DNA of 37,482 bases. Origin: Octopus bimaculoides. Taxonomy: Eukaryota. Both the position numbers and the translations under genes were made by a program. A model generated the notes under the pieces. The model was not told where the DNA came from, did not search any database, and was given only the letters and a program-made list of their open reading frames with translations. Location: positions 17,685,418 through 17,722,899 of the forward strand of contig NC_068987.1 in NCBI RefSeq assembly GCF_001194135.2, given 5' to 3'. This document shows positions 11,796-24,892 of the stretch, piece by piece; positions within the stretch are counted from its first letter, which is position 1; each line of letters opens with the position of its first letter.

Positions 11796-13069
11796 CACTG
11801 AGATTTAGACAGTCTATGTATTTCATGAACCTCTTAACCAGCGGCCATATACAGTTTCTTCCTTAGAACCCATAGCAATGGATCTAACTACTGTATTACC
11901 TATATACGCTTAAGCAGCCGTATTTTTTAAAAGCTAATATTCTTGCCAAATATTCAGAAGCGTTCATTTATACTGAGGCTATTATCGTACGCTGCTGCAA
12001 CATTAAGAATAACTGGCTCTTAATTGCATATGTTCTTGAGATACGCTCTTGAAATCAGATGTTATGTGTGTGATAGATTAAGTAAATATAATATATAGAC
12101 TTAAATCTAATTTACATATTCAAGTAATTGTCAGCGATAGTGCTAATACTGAAGCACTTTTGCATTGAAATGAGCAAGTACTTGACAAGCATAATTAGAA
12201 AACCATACTGCAGGATTCAATTAACATACTGCACAGGGAAGGTGAAGTGTCTGTTCCGGTGACTCAGACGAGGTAAGAATTTTGCCACAATGATGTCATT
12301 TTACGTTGGTACTTGTGCTTACAACACGACAACGAGTATGTTTCGAAATCAGGGGGATTCTTAAAATGAAAACTTCCCATTTGAACTTAAATTCTGTATT
12401 ATTTAACATCATCTAACATCATGTGCCCTTCCTTTGGACTTTCGCACCGAAAACCTCCTCCTACAAAACATACTTACTTGTCTTGTTAAATGCCTATCAT
12501 AAAGCCATGTGGCATCATTGTTTCGGTATATTCCTTATACTACACTGTAGTTCGTATGGAACAATTATTACCCACTAACGAATTATTTCATTATCTAAAT
12601 GCATTCTGTATTTATTTCAACTCTTTCAATTCAACAGCATGATTATATATCTAATATATTTATTTGATATCTATCCAATTATGTATCTAATCTTATATCT
12701 AAAGCATTATATATTTAATTACTTTTTTAATATCTTGCGTCAACTAACTAATCATACTGACCCAGACTACCTTAAACTTCTAAATGAATTATAACATATC
12801 CTGACATGATGATTTTTTTCCTTTTAAATAAATTTAGAGATGCTTACCACTATAGCCTTTTGATTGTAGTGTTGGTACAATTTCTTCTGCTTAGAAGAGT
12901 TGTGCTGAATCATATCAAACTTTACGCGTTAATAATGTGAGATGTTTGTCTGTCGAATGATGCGCGTGATTTACTGCACTCATCTTTAGTTATGATGTAC
13001 TTCGATACGTCTAAGTGATTAAACGTAAAGCACCCAATTAAAGCTTAATGAACTGGACATCAAGTTAAA

Positions 13070-13154
13070 CTCACACACACACACGCACACATACATAAAT
13101 AATACATTGCATATATATACACATATACACATATTTGATATGATATATGTGTGC

Positions 13155-13232
<78 letters not shown>

Positions 13233-13238
13233 GTGTGC
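13070..13238. repeat. (CA)n/(TA)n/(GT)n microsatellite
   Basis: Direct reading. Confidence 0.93.
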
Positions 13239-13489
13239 AGGCACGTGGCCTAATGGTTAGGCTGTTGCACTAACGATCGCTTATTCGTGGGTTTGATTCC
13301 CAAACCGGGTGGTGCATTGTGTTCTTGATCAAAAACCTTATTTCACGTTGTTACAGTCCCCTTTCGATGAAGGAGGGGTGTTGATCTTCTCGCCTAGCCA
13401 GCGGTGTGGCGTCAATTCATGGCTAAAACATTGCAATGTGATTAGCGATGTGTAACAGCTTCCGATAGTCTGGTCGATCAGGTAATCAC
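13239..13489 (+). mobile_element. SINE family C, tail type B
   Basis: ggcacgtggcctaatggttagg (A box), ggtttgattccc (B box), tgtgttcttgatcaaaaaccttatttcacgttg; tail differs from the 2265 copy. Confidence 0.8.
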
Positions 13490-13569
13490 ATATATACATA
13501 TATATAAATATATATGTGCATATATGGATATATTTGTGAGTGCATATATATATATATATATAAGCATAC

Positions 13570-13760
13570 GTGTGTGTCAGTGGAGCTTTTGCGCTTGTCT
13601 CCATACCACTTAACGAAGAGTGGTCGTTTACTGATTCAACTACAAGTCGCAATTCGGCCAATGAGGTCGATAGAATATATACCAGACGTAAATTAAATCT
13701 CTGTGTTTTATTAGTTCGACTAAACTCTTGAAGATAGATGCCAAGCATGTCCGGAGACTA
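13570..13760 (+). mobile_element. SINE family O 3' half, strongly diverged
   Basis: gtcgatagaatatataccagac...gttcgactaaac...ccaagcatgtccg resembles ccgatagaataagtactaggc...ctcgactaaagg...ccagcatggccg. Confidence 0.55.
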
Positions 13761-13763
13761 ATA

Positions 13764-15046
13764 TCGGGTTGAGTAAAAAGTAAGTAACCATGAAGAACTT
13801 GTACCGGAAGCTTGCTAAGTTTTGAAGTTTTTTAAACATTTTTTTTTTTTTTTTTGCAATTATCAGATAATACAGACATAGACTTGCCCAAATGCATCAA
13901 TAAATTAACATTGATATTTTTTTCACCGTTGTTACAATGTTCTGAAACGGAACTGTGAAAGCGCAATATGCGAGTAAATTTGCTATTCAACAGAAAAGGA
14001 AGTAAAGTGAAACTGCTCGCAGTATCACCTAAACGTTTGGTAAGGAAATGACCAGTGTGTGGTCCGCTCGAAAATAGCTTAGACGATTTCGCAGTGAAGA
14101 CCCGAGCCTTAAAGATCATGAGAGTAGTAGACGCCCATCTGTCATCGATGACGGTCAATTAAATATTGTCATTGCGAAAGATCCGCGTAAAACCACTCGG
14201 GAACTGACAAAATAACTTCAAGTTAGCCAGAAACCTGCCTGCATATATTGTATGCAATCGGAAAATCAAAAACGATCGACAGATATGTGCCACACAATTT
14301 GAGTGAAAATCACAAAATGTGCAGATATGAAATTTGCTCGTCGCTTCTTCTCTGTAACAAGACCGATCCATTTCTCGATCGTATTGTAACATTCCATGAA
14401 AAGTAGATTCAGTACAATAATAAAGAAATGTTCTTCGCAGTGGTTGGGCCAACATCAAGTATCGAAAACTCTACCTAAACCCAAACTCTTCAAAAAGAAG
14501 GTTATGGTGACTGTTTGGTGGTGTGCAGCTGAAATCATCCACTATATATCACTTCTTAAAACCCGGAAAAACCATTACTGCAGAAACATATTGCCATGAA
14601 ATTGCCAAAATTAACGAAAAATCGCAACTACTCCGTCTCAGACTGGTCAGCAGTAGTGGGCCAATCATTCTTCATGACAATGCTCGACCACACATTTCAC
14701 TAATGACGCTCCAGAAGTTGAGAGATCTTGACTACGAAGTTCTTCCCCACCCAGCTTATTCCCCAGACCTTTCTCCTACCGACTACCACTTTTTCAAGCA
14801 CCTTGATTGTTTCCTGCGAGAAAAGGAGTTCAAAAATCAAACCGATGCTGAAAGTGCGTTCAAAGAGTTCATCCGCTCCAGAACTCCATATGTTTATGTT
14901 ACTGGAATAAACAAACTTGTAACTCGTTGGCAAAAATGTGTTGATTGTAACAGTATTAACTTTGATAAATAACATTTCCACGTTGTTGACGTATATTGTG
15001 ATGAATTTCATGTTTCAAACCGTTGTTTACTTCCTACCCAGCCTGA
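13764..15046 (+). mobile_element. Full-length mariner DNA transposon (cecropia/Hsmar1-like), non-functional
   Basis: TA at 13762-3 and 15047-8; imperfect TIRs tcgggttgagtaaaaagtaagtaacc versus (reverse complement) tcaggctgggtaggaagtaaacaacgg; 1283 bp, typical mariner length. Confidence 0.92.
13947..14972 (+). pseudogene. Mariner transposase pseudogene (D,D34D)
   Basis: N-terminal HTH remnants with stops and frameshifts (ETARSI...RRPSVIDDGQL...DPRKTTREL); KKVMVTVWW; intact C-terminal HDNARPH...YSPDLSPTDYHFFKHLD...GINKLVTRWQKCVDCN with exactly 34 residues between the 2nd and 3rd Asp. Confidence 0.93.
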
Positions 15047-15199
15047 TAGTTAAGCATGGATGGCAGACAATGTTTATATTTGTATTTGTCTGTGTATGTA
15101 TGCACACGAATTGAGATACATACCCACACGTACACACACATACGTGCGCTTGTGTCCGTGCGACTATGTAAGCGCCCGTCTCTAAGCGTATAGTTGTGT

Positions 15200-15348
15200 G
15201 CCCTTGTGTACGCACAGATATGCACGCATATATACATATACATACATACATACATACATACATACACATGTATACATAAACTTATGTATATATGCATGTG
15301 TATGTATCTCTATGTATGTATCTATTTATCTGTATTATTATATGTATG

Positions 15349-15446
<98 letters not shown>

Positions 15447-15511
15447 CACATGTACATATATATGAAAGTATGTATAAATATTTGCTTGTATACCTGTGCA
15501 CTTGTATGTAA

Positions 15512-15595
<84 letters not shown>

Positions 15596-15746
15596 TATAT
15601 ATGTGTGTGTGTGTATATATGTGTATAAAGATACATGCATATATATATATATACATATACACACATGTATATTTATACATATTTATGTATATGCACATGC
15701 ACACACACAAACACACACATATATATATATATACATACACACACAC

Positions 15747-15781
<35 letters not shown>

Positions 15782-15830
15782 TGTATGTATGTATACATGC
15801 ATGTATGCATGTAAGTTTGTATATATGTAA
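15200..15830. repeat. Compound (TACA)/(TG)/(TA)/(TATG) microsatellite
   Basis: Direct reading. Confidence 0.93.
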
Positions 15831-16164
15831 GTACTGAGGCGACACAAACATCAAATAGCCACGAGTAATATGGAATAGGACATTTCTATTTTTGTTTTCA
15901 CTTTTTACTCCTCCGATATCTGAGAATCTTGATTGCCGCCAGGACATCATGACGTTTAAGCTGGAAGGTTTTTCGTCTAATGATAGCTGGTCAAACAGAA
16001 ATGACTTAATTAAACACAGATAACGCACAATCGTTCCATAGATTAATTATATTTATACCCTGTTTTAATACACAGACCGTTAATGCACTTTGAATGTTTT
16101 ATCATCTCAATGGAAGTGAGTATCTACTTCAAAGGATATTAGCTCCGCCGACCGGATAACGATA

Positions 16165-16182
16165 ACAACAATAAATTATTAA

Positions 16183-16231
<49 letters not shown>

Positions 16232-16291
16232 ATTATTGTTGTTGTTATTGTTGTTGTTGTTGTTGTTGTTGTTCTGTTGTTGTTGTTGTTG

Positions 16292-16356
<65 letters not shown>

Positions 16357-16400
16357 TTGTTGTTGTTGGTCATTATTATTAATGTTAATATTAATATTAT
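16165..16400. repeat. (ATT)n/(GTT)n microsatellite
   Basis: Direct reading. Confidence 0.95.
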
Positions 16401-16412
16401 TCTTGTCGTCTC

Positions 16413-17351
16413 NNNNNNNNNNNNNNNNNNNNNNNNNNNNNNNNNNNNNNNNNNNNNNNNNNNNNNNNNNNNNNNNNNNNNNNNNNNNNNNNNNNNNNNN
16501 NNNNNNNNNNNNNNNNNNNNNNNNNNNNNNNNNNNNNNNNNNNNNNNNNNNNNNNNNNNNNNNNNNNNNNNNNNNNNNNNNNNNNNNNNNNNNNNNNNNN
16601 NNNNNNNNNNNNNNNNNNNNNNNNNNNNNNNNNNNNNNNNNNNNNNNNNNNNNNNNNNNNNNNNNNNNNNNNNNNNNNNNNNNNNNNNNNNNNNNNNNNN
16701 NNNNNNNNNNNNNNNNNNNNNNNNNNNNNNNNNNNNNNNNNNNNNNNNNNNNNNNNNNNNNNNNNNNNNNNNNNNNNNNNNNNNNNNNNNNNNNNNNNNN
16801 NNNNNNNNNNNNNNNNNNNNNNNNNNNNNNNNNNNNNNNNNNNNNNNNNNNNNNNNNNNNNNNNNNNNNNNNNNNNNNNNNNNNNNNNNNNNNNNNNNNN
16901 NNNNNNNNNNNNNNNNNNNNNNNNNNNNNNNNNNNNNNNNNNNNNNNNNNNNNNNNNNNNNNNNNNNNNNNNNNNNNNNNNNNNNNNNNNNNNNNNNNNN
17001 NNNNNNNNNNNNNNNNNNNNNNNNNNNNNNNNNNNNNNNNNNNNNNNNNNNNNNNNNNNNNNNNNNNNNNNNNNNNNNNNNNNNNNNNNNNNNNNNNNNN
17101 NNNNNNNNNNNNNNNNNNNNNNNNNNNNNNNNNNNNNNNNNNNNNNNNNNNNNNNNNNNNNNNNNNNNNNNNNNNNNNNNNNNNNNNNNNNNNNNNNNNN
17201 NNNNNNNNNNNNNNNNNNNNNNNNNNNNNNNNNNNNNNNNNNNNNNNNNNNNNNNNNNNNNNNNNNNNNNNNNNNNNNNNNNNNNNNNNNNNNNNNNNNN
17301 NNNNNNNNNNNNNNNNNNNNNNNNNNNNNNNNNNNNNNNNNNNNNNNNNNN
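16413..17351. other. Assembly gap (N)
   Basis: N run. Confidence 1.
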
Positions 17352-17745
17352 AATTAATCAATTAAAACCAGTGGTCTAGCATATTAAAAAAATCCGAAGA
17401 TTAAAATTATATTGTATACAAAAATAAGAGGAATGACCAGCAAATGTGGATTCCTATACGCTAGAAATAGATGCCGAATCATCTAACCACGAAAAAGTAT
17501 GTTCTCAGTAGAAAATTTAGCGACACAACAGACTGTAAACGAGACAAATGAAAAAATACTAAATTAAAAAACGATTAACCTACGTACCATGGTTTCACCT
17601 GTTAAAATTTACATAAGTAAATATCTGCAGGATCGTCAGAGTAAGTCTGTCGGTTTGGGATGCAATACCCAGAACTAGACACAAGCCGTCCACCCGTAAG
17701 TGCGCACGTGTAGAGTTCTGCAAATTACATTCAGTGTATCCCTTC

Positions 17746-18167
17746 NNNNNNNNNNNNNNNNNNNNNNNNNNNNNNNNNNNNNNNNNNNNNNNNNNNNNNN
17801 NNNNNNNNNNNNNNNNNNNNNNNNNNNNNNNNNNNNNNNNNNNNNNNNNNNNNNNNNNNNNNNNNNNNNNNNNNNNNNNNNNNNNNNNNNNNNNNNNNNN
17901 NNNNNNNNNNNNNNNNNNNNNNNNNNNNNNNNNNNNNNNNNNNNNNNNNNNNNNNNNNNNNNNNNNNNNNNNNNNNNNNNNNNNNNNNNNNNNNNNNNNN
18001 NNNNNNNNNNNNNNNNNNNNNNNNNNNNNNNNNNNNNNNNNNNNNNNNNNNNNNNNNNNNNNNNNNNNNNNNNNNNNNNNNNNNNNNNNNNNNNNNNNNN
18101 NNNNNNNNNNNNNNNNNNNNNNNNNNNNNNNNNNNNNNNNNNNNNNNNNNNNNNNNNNNNNNNNNNN

Positions 18168-18168
<1 letters not shown>
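17746..18168. other. Assembly gap (N)
   Basis: N run followed by (AT)n. Confidence 1.
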
Positions 18169-18207
<39 letters not shown>

Positions 18208-18885
18208 GTGCATGTGAACGAGAGAGATGTTGACAGCGTCTGTACAGATTTATATGTGCATACTCACACAAACAAACACATAGGAGCATTGTGTCTGCAT
18301 AATTTATCAAGTGATTCTTTGTATCGATTATGTAGAAATATTCTCACATGATTGATTACTAAAATCAGCTCAATATTCAATTCGATATCACACAAGCTCT
18401 TCGACGTATATACTACAGCCAAAGAATTTAATGCATTCGTAAAATTCTTAGCAATTGTTACTACAATAAGCTGATTGAAATACACAAAGAAAGATGGAGA
18501 ACGTAACGACAGGGGGAAAATATATAGCAATTTCAAATCTACAATGAGTGAAGTTGTCAATGGAGCGATACGTTTTTTCTTCTTTTTTTTATGGCAGAAT
18601 GACGGCTCAAGCAGATTAGTATTGTCGACTAAATCAACCACAGTTAATATTAGTCTTTATTCTGGACACTAGTGATTGATATTATTAGTAATCTCATACA
18701 TTTGAACAATCTAAAAATTTGAATATGAAATTGGGAACACTATACGTTATGCTGTACTTTATTTTACTGTATGGCATTATTTTATCACTTACTCGCTAAC
18801 ACACATGCAAAATATATACATAGATATGCGCATGTATGTGTATATATGTATGTGCGTGTGTGTGTGTGTGTATGTGTGTGTGTGT

Positions 18886-18927
<42 letters not shown>

Positions 18928-18964
18928 AATAAAATGAGACAACAAAGCCAAATCTGTGTGGAAT

Positions 18965-20170
18965 TTTCAAGACATTTATAAAGAGAAAGCTAATTAGACC
19001 GACTTATATTTATATATATCTTAAAATAAACATCCCATCAATCTAACGAATAGAATCTGTGCTATAATATCAGAAAAAAACACCAGAGAACTCAGGCTAC
19101 AAGAACATAAAAAACATACTCGTCGACAGACACCACCCAACATCGCTTATAGATGATCAGATAAATCGCGCAGAACGAATTAATATACAAACACTAACAG
19201 AGGTCGAACAGAACAACACACCCACTCTAAAAATATTACCCTATGTTTCCACATACAACCCCAGAAACTACGACGCATATAACACTATTATCCCAAACCA
19301 TCCAATTCTACATAATGACCCTAAGCTGTATGAAATCTTATGCACCCATAAAACTATTAAAACAACAAACAGCCAAAATCACTAAAGGGTATACTCACGA
19401 ATGCAAAACAATACTAAAAAATCACGGAAGCAAGAGTTAAAAAATGTGAACGACCAAACAGTGGAACATTTCCTAACATAATGGAACAGTCAAAGTTTCA
19501 TTTTAGCTAAGGACTGAAATTTGAAATTAAAACTGACTTCACTTACGCCTCTGAAAATTTAATCTACGTCATAACATGTTCCACCTGCTGTAGGAGCTAT
19601 ATAGACTCAACAAGAACGTTTCTAAAATGTAGATCTACACTACACAGCCAACAAGCCTACCCAAAGTCGTCAATTTCTCCTCAGTGCCAATGAACGCCAA
19701 CCACAATTCAAGATATTCCTACTACACCAATGCACGGAAAGGACCTCATCACAACAACGACTAAATAAAGAGGCTACATTTATTGAAAATACAAACCATA
19801 ACTTAACATGAATATTTAATGGATTCATAAATAAAAACCCAACCAGAAAAAAGGAAAACAGATTTCCCTTCCCTTAGTTAGAAATAGTATAGCCACTGAT
19901 TATCCCTTTAGCTAAAACCATTATATTCACTGACCATCCCACTTAGCTATACTCTCCTGTATAAACCTGCTTCTAGGTAAGGTTAAATCAAAAACTTATT
20001 AAGATCTCATAACATTGAGTCATGATTAGCGAAGCGAAACCGGTTGACCTTGTATGTGTTATAATGGATAAATAATCTTTATCTACACGAACAAGATTTC
20101 TGTGCTTTTTCACTTAAATCTTATTTTTTATTTAGCACTTCGTCGAATCTCTCTCCGAATTTTGTCACCT
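18965..20170 (+). mobile_element. Penelope-like element remnant (Neptune-type): RT thumb, linker, GIY-YIG endonuclease, 3' repeat
   Basis: Frameshifted translations KINIP, NRICAIIS, RELRLQE, ILPYVSTYNPRN, KCERPNSGTFPNI (Cys-linker remnant), FTYASENLIYVITCSTCCRSYIDST (GIY-YIG N-term), FKIFLLHQC...QRLNKEATFI. Confidence 0.85.
20019..20048 (+). ncRNA. Degenerate minimal hammerhead at the 3' end of the Penelope-like remnant
   Basis: GTC-ATGATTA-GC gaa GC-GAAA-CCGGT-T-GAC; core has two mismatches to CTGATGA, stem III palindrome ACCGGT, stem I GTC/GAC. Confidence 0.4.
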
Positions 20171-20179
20171 ATATGTACA

Positions 20180-20212
20180 CATACATATACATACACGCAC
20201 ACATATATATAC

Positions 20213-20280
<68 letters not shown>
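20180..20280. repeat. (TA)n microsatellite
   Basis: Direct reading. Confidence 0.95.
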
Positions 20281-20282
<2 letters not shown>

Positions 20283-23200
20283 AAATTATATGTTTTTGAC
20301 GGCCTAGTGGCAGCGAAGCATTGAAACAAAACATAGTTGCTATATATTTGTATCTTAAAATGCATTTAAATATTAAGCATCTACTCTAGACTAGATATTC
20401 ACTTCATTTGATGACATCTGTTGTTTTTAGTCTTCTTCAAAAACAGTAACACTATGAATACATAAGAAATATATGTATTAGATTTTGTCTGTAACTGTAG
20501 GCATTTTACACAACGCTGTGATTCCTATAGCTTTCATATCATATACACATTCTAACCAAAATATTCCGACAAACGCTCGTGTATGAGTAAGCAAATACGA
20601 GCATACAGATATATATATATATATATATATGCATGCATATATATTTGCATGACTACGTAATTATCATATGCATGCATATATGCAACCAGATAATTGACAT
20701 CAATTTAGTACGTAATTTTGATTGATTAATCAAAATAACATAACTTACTCTTAAATTAGAATATATTTATAATGTATAACTTGCAAAATCATCTAACATG
20801 TTACTTTTTTTTTCTTGCCTTATCTAGCCCCAAAACACATTTATGTCGTTCAAATAACATTAAGGTACAGATGATGCTTTCTATTTTCGTGCCTTAAATA
20901 TCTGGGAAATGTTTTCAATGATTTTAATATGTAACTGAAATGTGCCCGCTCACATTTCTGATACACGTAATAGTTAGTATTAGAAAAATCTGTGTAATTT
21001 CCATGAAGTTCGGTAGTGAAGAATCTTAGTTGTCTGTAGTTAATGTAATGGTGGAACAGAAAACAAACATCTGGTAATATAGATAGGTAGAGTGAAGTAT
21101 TGAGTGAGAAAGAGGGTAGTGACAAAGAGGGTGTGAATGAGAACAATAGTGACTAAGGAAAGGGGAGATGGAAGAGGAGTTGTAGCAAGTCTTAGTGGAG
21201 GTGGAAACAGTGAAACACGAACAAAGGAAGCAAAATAGGAACTTAAATACTTTGTTTTCTTGATAATGTGTGAAGGATGTTAGCTGATGGAGGAGATAGA
21301 GATGGCTTTCTAAGTAGTTAAGAGCTAAGGACAGACAATTTTTTCTTTTTTTTTTCTTTTTTCTTGCTGACAGAAAAAAAGTACCGCATGATTTAACGCA
21401 TGCGCTTTAGTGCAAATAATTTTCGTCCGTGCTACCAACACAACCAAAATTACCAACAATAAACAACAGCCGTCAGAACCGACAATGAAACATCATCACC
21501 CCTACTACCCCAACCATCAGGATTTATCATTCATATTTCTTATTTTCCTTCTTTTTTTCTCTTGCTGTCTCTGCTCGCTATTCTTATTTTTTTCTATGGT
21601 TTTCTATTTCACCTTTGACCCTTTGCGTGTCAGAAATTGTAGGTTGGTAAGAAAGTGCGATCACTTTACTATACAGATGTTTTAACAGGATAAACAATAT
21701 TGAAAATTTAATGAGAATATTAGTGAACACTGTGAAGGGAGACGAGGGTGTGAACAATTTTCAGTATACAGGATACAAAATTATATTATATACGTGACTA
21801 AAGCATTTAAGAAAGATATAATTGAGACAGAAAGACGCATTCACATGCGTCTTATTCTAAAAATGTTGTCATTCTATGTAGTTTTTGAATAACATATATT
21901 TCAATGAAAACAATTGAGTTTAGTTAAATATTATGTAAGATACCACTCAACAGAGATGATTAGATAACTCTGTTCCACTTATCACGGTTAATATCTAGGA
22001 AGAGCGGTTTCAATACATCATATGCTCTATTTCGCTGTAACCTAAGTCTTTCATGGGTTTTGGGTGGCTATGCATCACAAAACACATGTACGTATACGTC
22101 TATGTGTGTGCGTATGTGCTTGTGTGTGTGTATGGGTGAGTGTGTTTTTGTCGGTCTATATATTTCTATTTAGATATATTTTATAATGGATAAGAGTATG
22201 TCAAAAGATCTATAAGGGAAAGACAAATTAACATTCAGACAAGATAAAGAACCTAAAATCCAATATGAAACCGCTGTGAGCTGCAATCCAAGCAAACAAG
22301 ACTTGACTATAGTAAGTGTAGCGGTCGATCTAATGAATTTACGGAGAATACCTACGATTGAACTCACTGATCACCGAATCTCAAGAACATTTGTAAAGTA
22401 TTGCCTATAATCTCGTCTCATATATGTGACATCTCATATAAGGACATTCTGAATATCTATTCATCTATGAAAAATACTCTGTAGTTTCTTCTGCATGCTT
22501 TTCTGCTTTAATAATGAATGTGTCTATGTGTGTGTGTGTGTGTGTGTATGTCTGTGGTTGTGTCTGTCTGTGTCTGTGTCTATGTGTATTCATGCCTCTA
22601 TAGCTAATTCATAAACGCTTTGGTGCCCTTACCAACCGCCTTCTCATTTCTTAATGTCATATAAATTCTTACTATGATTAAATTTTTAGCTTGATACTAA
22701 TTGCCAATACTTAAATGCTAAAGTCAGGTTCATAGTCTACGTACCATTCTTCTTCTTTTCTCAATGTACCTTGGGAGCGGCTATATCGAATATCAAAGAA
22801 AAGGTTCCAAGTTGAGTGGGGAATCCATCAATCTAGACTGGTCGGCTGCTCCGTGTGAGGTTTCATGTTAGCACAAAGCTTTAAAATTTGAAATGAGGGA
22901 TTATTTGAAACAATCTATTCCAGAATTCTCTCCGTAATGATGTTTTCGATACCAGAATGATAAACCGCGATGACAGATCGCAGTAATATTTCAACTGAGA
23001 AAATAAAAGAAGGTAAGCAACTATAGCGCAAAGTTCTCTCGTTATATTGCTATTTCAGTAAGCGAAACAGTAAATAGTTTTAGAGTGACATGATCTTTCA
23101 AAGTCATCGATCTTCGTGACATGAAGACCTTCTGTTGGATGTATGTTGAACTCATATCGATAAATTTGAACTAGCAGCCATTCTTCATATCAGCATCTTT

Positions 23201-23559
23201 ATCACCTTTCAAAGTGAACTCTACACATTTACCCGTCAGTATATTAGAATTTGGTCAGTAAGACTTCGACGTGCCTTAAGGTTATTGGAAGATGTAATTA
23301 GTTGGACGTGTATGTACGCTTGAGTTTTGCGTATGTGGCATCGTATTTTGCTAAGAGCGATGGAGACGTTGGTGAGTCTACATGTTTGTATGTATTCGTA
23401 TTTAAGTACACACGTAGGTGGAGCCACTGATGTTTGAATGTGTGTATGAGTATGTGTATATCGGTACTGGTTGTGAAGTATAAAATTATGATCGATATAT
23501 AGAAAAAGTTTTCACTACATATACATACATACATTATACACTTACATTATACATTTACA

Positions 23560-23707
<148 letters not shown>

Positions 23708-23959
23708 TGTGTATTTCATCTTCCGCATGAGATATGGAAAAGCATGCTTATGAAGCAAATTCTCCAGATACCGATATACCAACACCTCCCCAACTACACA
23801 CATATGCATGTACGTCCATACACACGCAAACACACACATCAGTCAGTTTATCTATCTGTATGTGTGTGTGTGTGTGTGTGTGTGCGTGTATGTGTATGTG
23901 TGTGTCTCTGTGTGGTGCATGTGTGTGTGTCCCACACACGTGTTGTTCTTGGACTATCT

Positions 23960-24115
23960 TTTCCTTTCCTTCGGACCTATCCTATTTCTGATGAAGAGCC
24001 ATACTCGAAACGTTAAATAGTCCCTATTTTTACCATCTTACATTGAGCGTCCATCAAATACATTCACTATGTACGTACTATTGTCTTTTATTGTTATTTT
24101 CGATTTACCTATATA
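23960..24115 (+). mobile_element. Second non-coding Penelope-type terminal repeat carrying a hammerhead
   Basis: Hammerhead followed by about 90 nt of T-rich sequence ending in (TA)n, a typical pLTR layout; boundaries approximate. Confidence 0.55.
23982..24020 (+). ncRNA. Minimal type I hammerhead ribozyme motif
   Basis: Stem I CTATTT/AAATAG (perfect 6 bp), CTGATGA(A), stem II GAG-ccata-CTC, GAAA, (A)ACGT(T), predicted cleavage after GUU at 24014. Confidence 0.78.
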
Positions 24116-24829
24116 TAAATATATACACACATACACATGTATGTAGGTATGGACGGGGCTATATATGCTGTGTGAGAGAGACCAAGTGAAATAAACTTCA
24201 ACATATCAGTACTAAACAATAATAAAGCACTAGATATAGATAAGAATAACTGTGCTAAAACCCTTCTTCCATTAATGGTGGAAAATTGCCCTACAATAAT
24301 AGATATTAAATCTAACGTAGCACAAAATAACTTAGTTTTCTTATATAAGCCTTTTTCCAATTAACCACGGTTGCATGTAATCATTAAAGAAAAATAAATG
24401 AAAACTAATCGCAATGAAAATTTAACTAAACAACTAAAAAACGGAAGAAACCTGTTAATGTGAAAATAAAAATTAATATCATAAAATTTCATGCAACACT
24501 GAATCCAATAATCATGTGATGGACCTGTGAATCTACATTTATCTGACATCTTCGTGATAAAGGGGAGTGTGAATTTAAGCACTGATGTTTCAGGGATAAT
24601 ATCTTAAAGGAAGTACGTAATAGATATTTTGTACATTCTTCGATTCCATTATTCAATTATGTTTGGACACTGAAAGAAATTATCCATCTGTGTTTTGAGG
24701 TGCAAAAATGCATTGCACTCAGTATCAAATAAAGTATCTTTGAAAGATGTAGAAATAAAGCGGCAAGTATTGGTTTCATGTAATTCCAAGAAAGCCTATG
24801 TTCAAAATTCTGATAAATGTTAAAGTTCA

Positions 24830-24892
24830 TTATTTACATTATTTATAATTGATAGATATTTGTCCTCATCTTGTTTGTTGTTAACACGTTTC
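24830..24892 (-). mobile_element. Fragment of the 11550-11795 repeat family (hammerhead core lost)
   Basis: Reverse complement gaaacgtgttaacaacaaacaagatgaggacaaaatatc matches 11693-11732. Confidence 0.75.

Noticed and set aside
749-18351. Long ORFs spanning X runs (e.g. 749-1672, 3051-4367, 16129-17361, 17675-18310)
   Set aside because: They are open only because N gaps contain no stop codons.
18264-18641. 125-aa minus ORF
   Set aside because: No motif; poly-K comes from a poly-T run; no supporting splice or promoter signals.
21410-21685. 91-aa ORF with a TM-like segment, and a possible microexon at 21634-21646 after a long pyrimidine tract
   Set aside because: Hydrophobicity is a by-product of the T/C tract; the microexon length (13 nt) is not frame-preserving.
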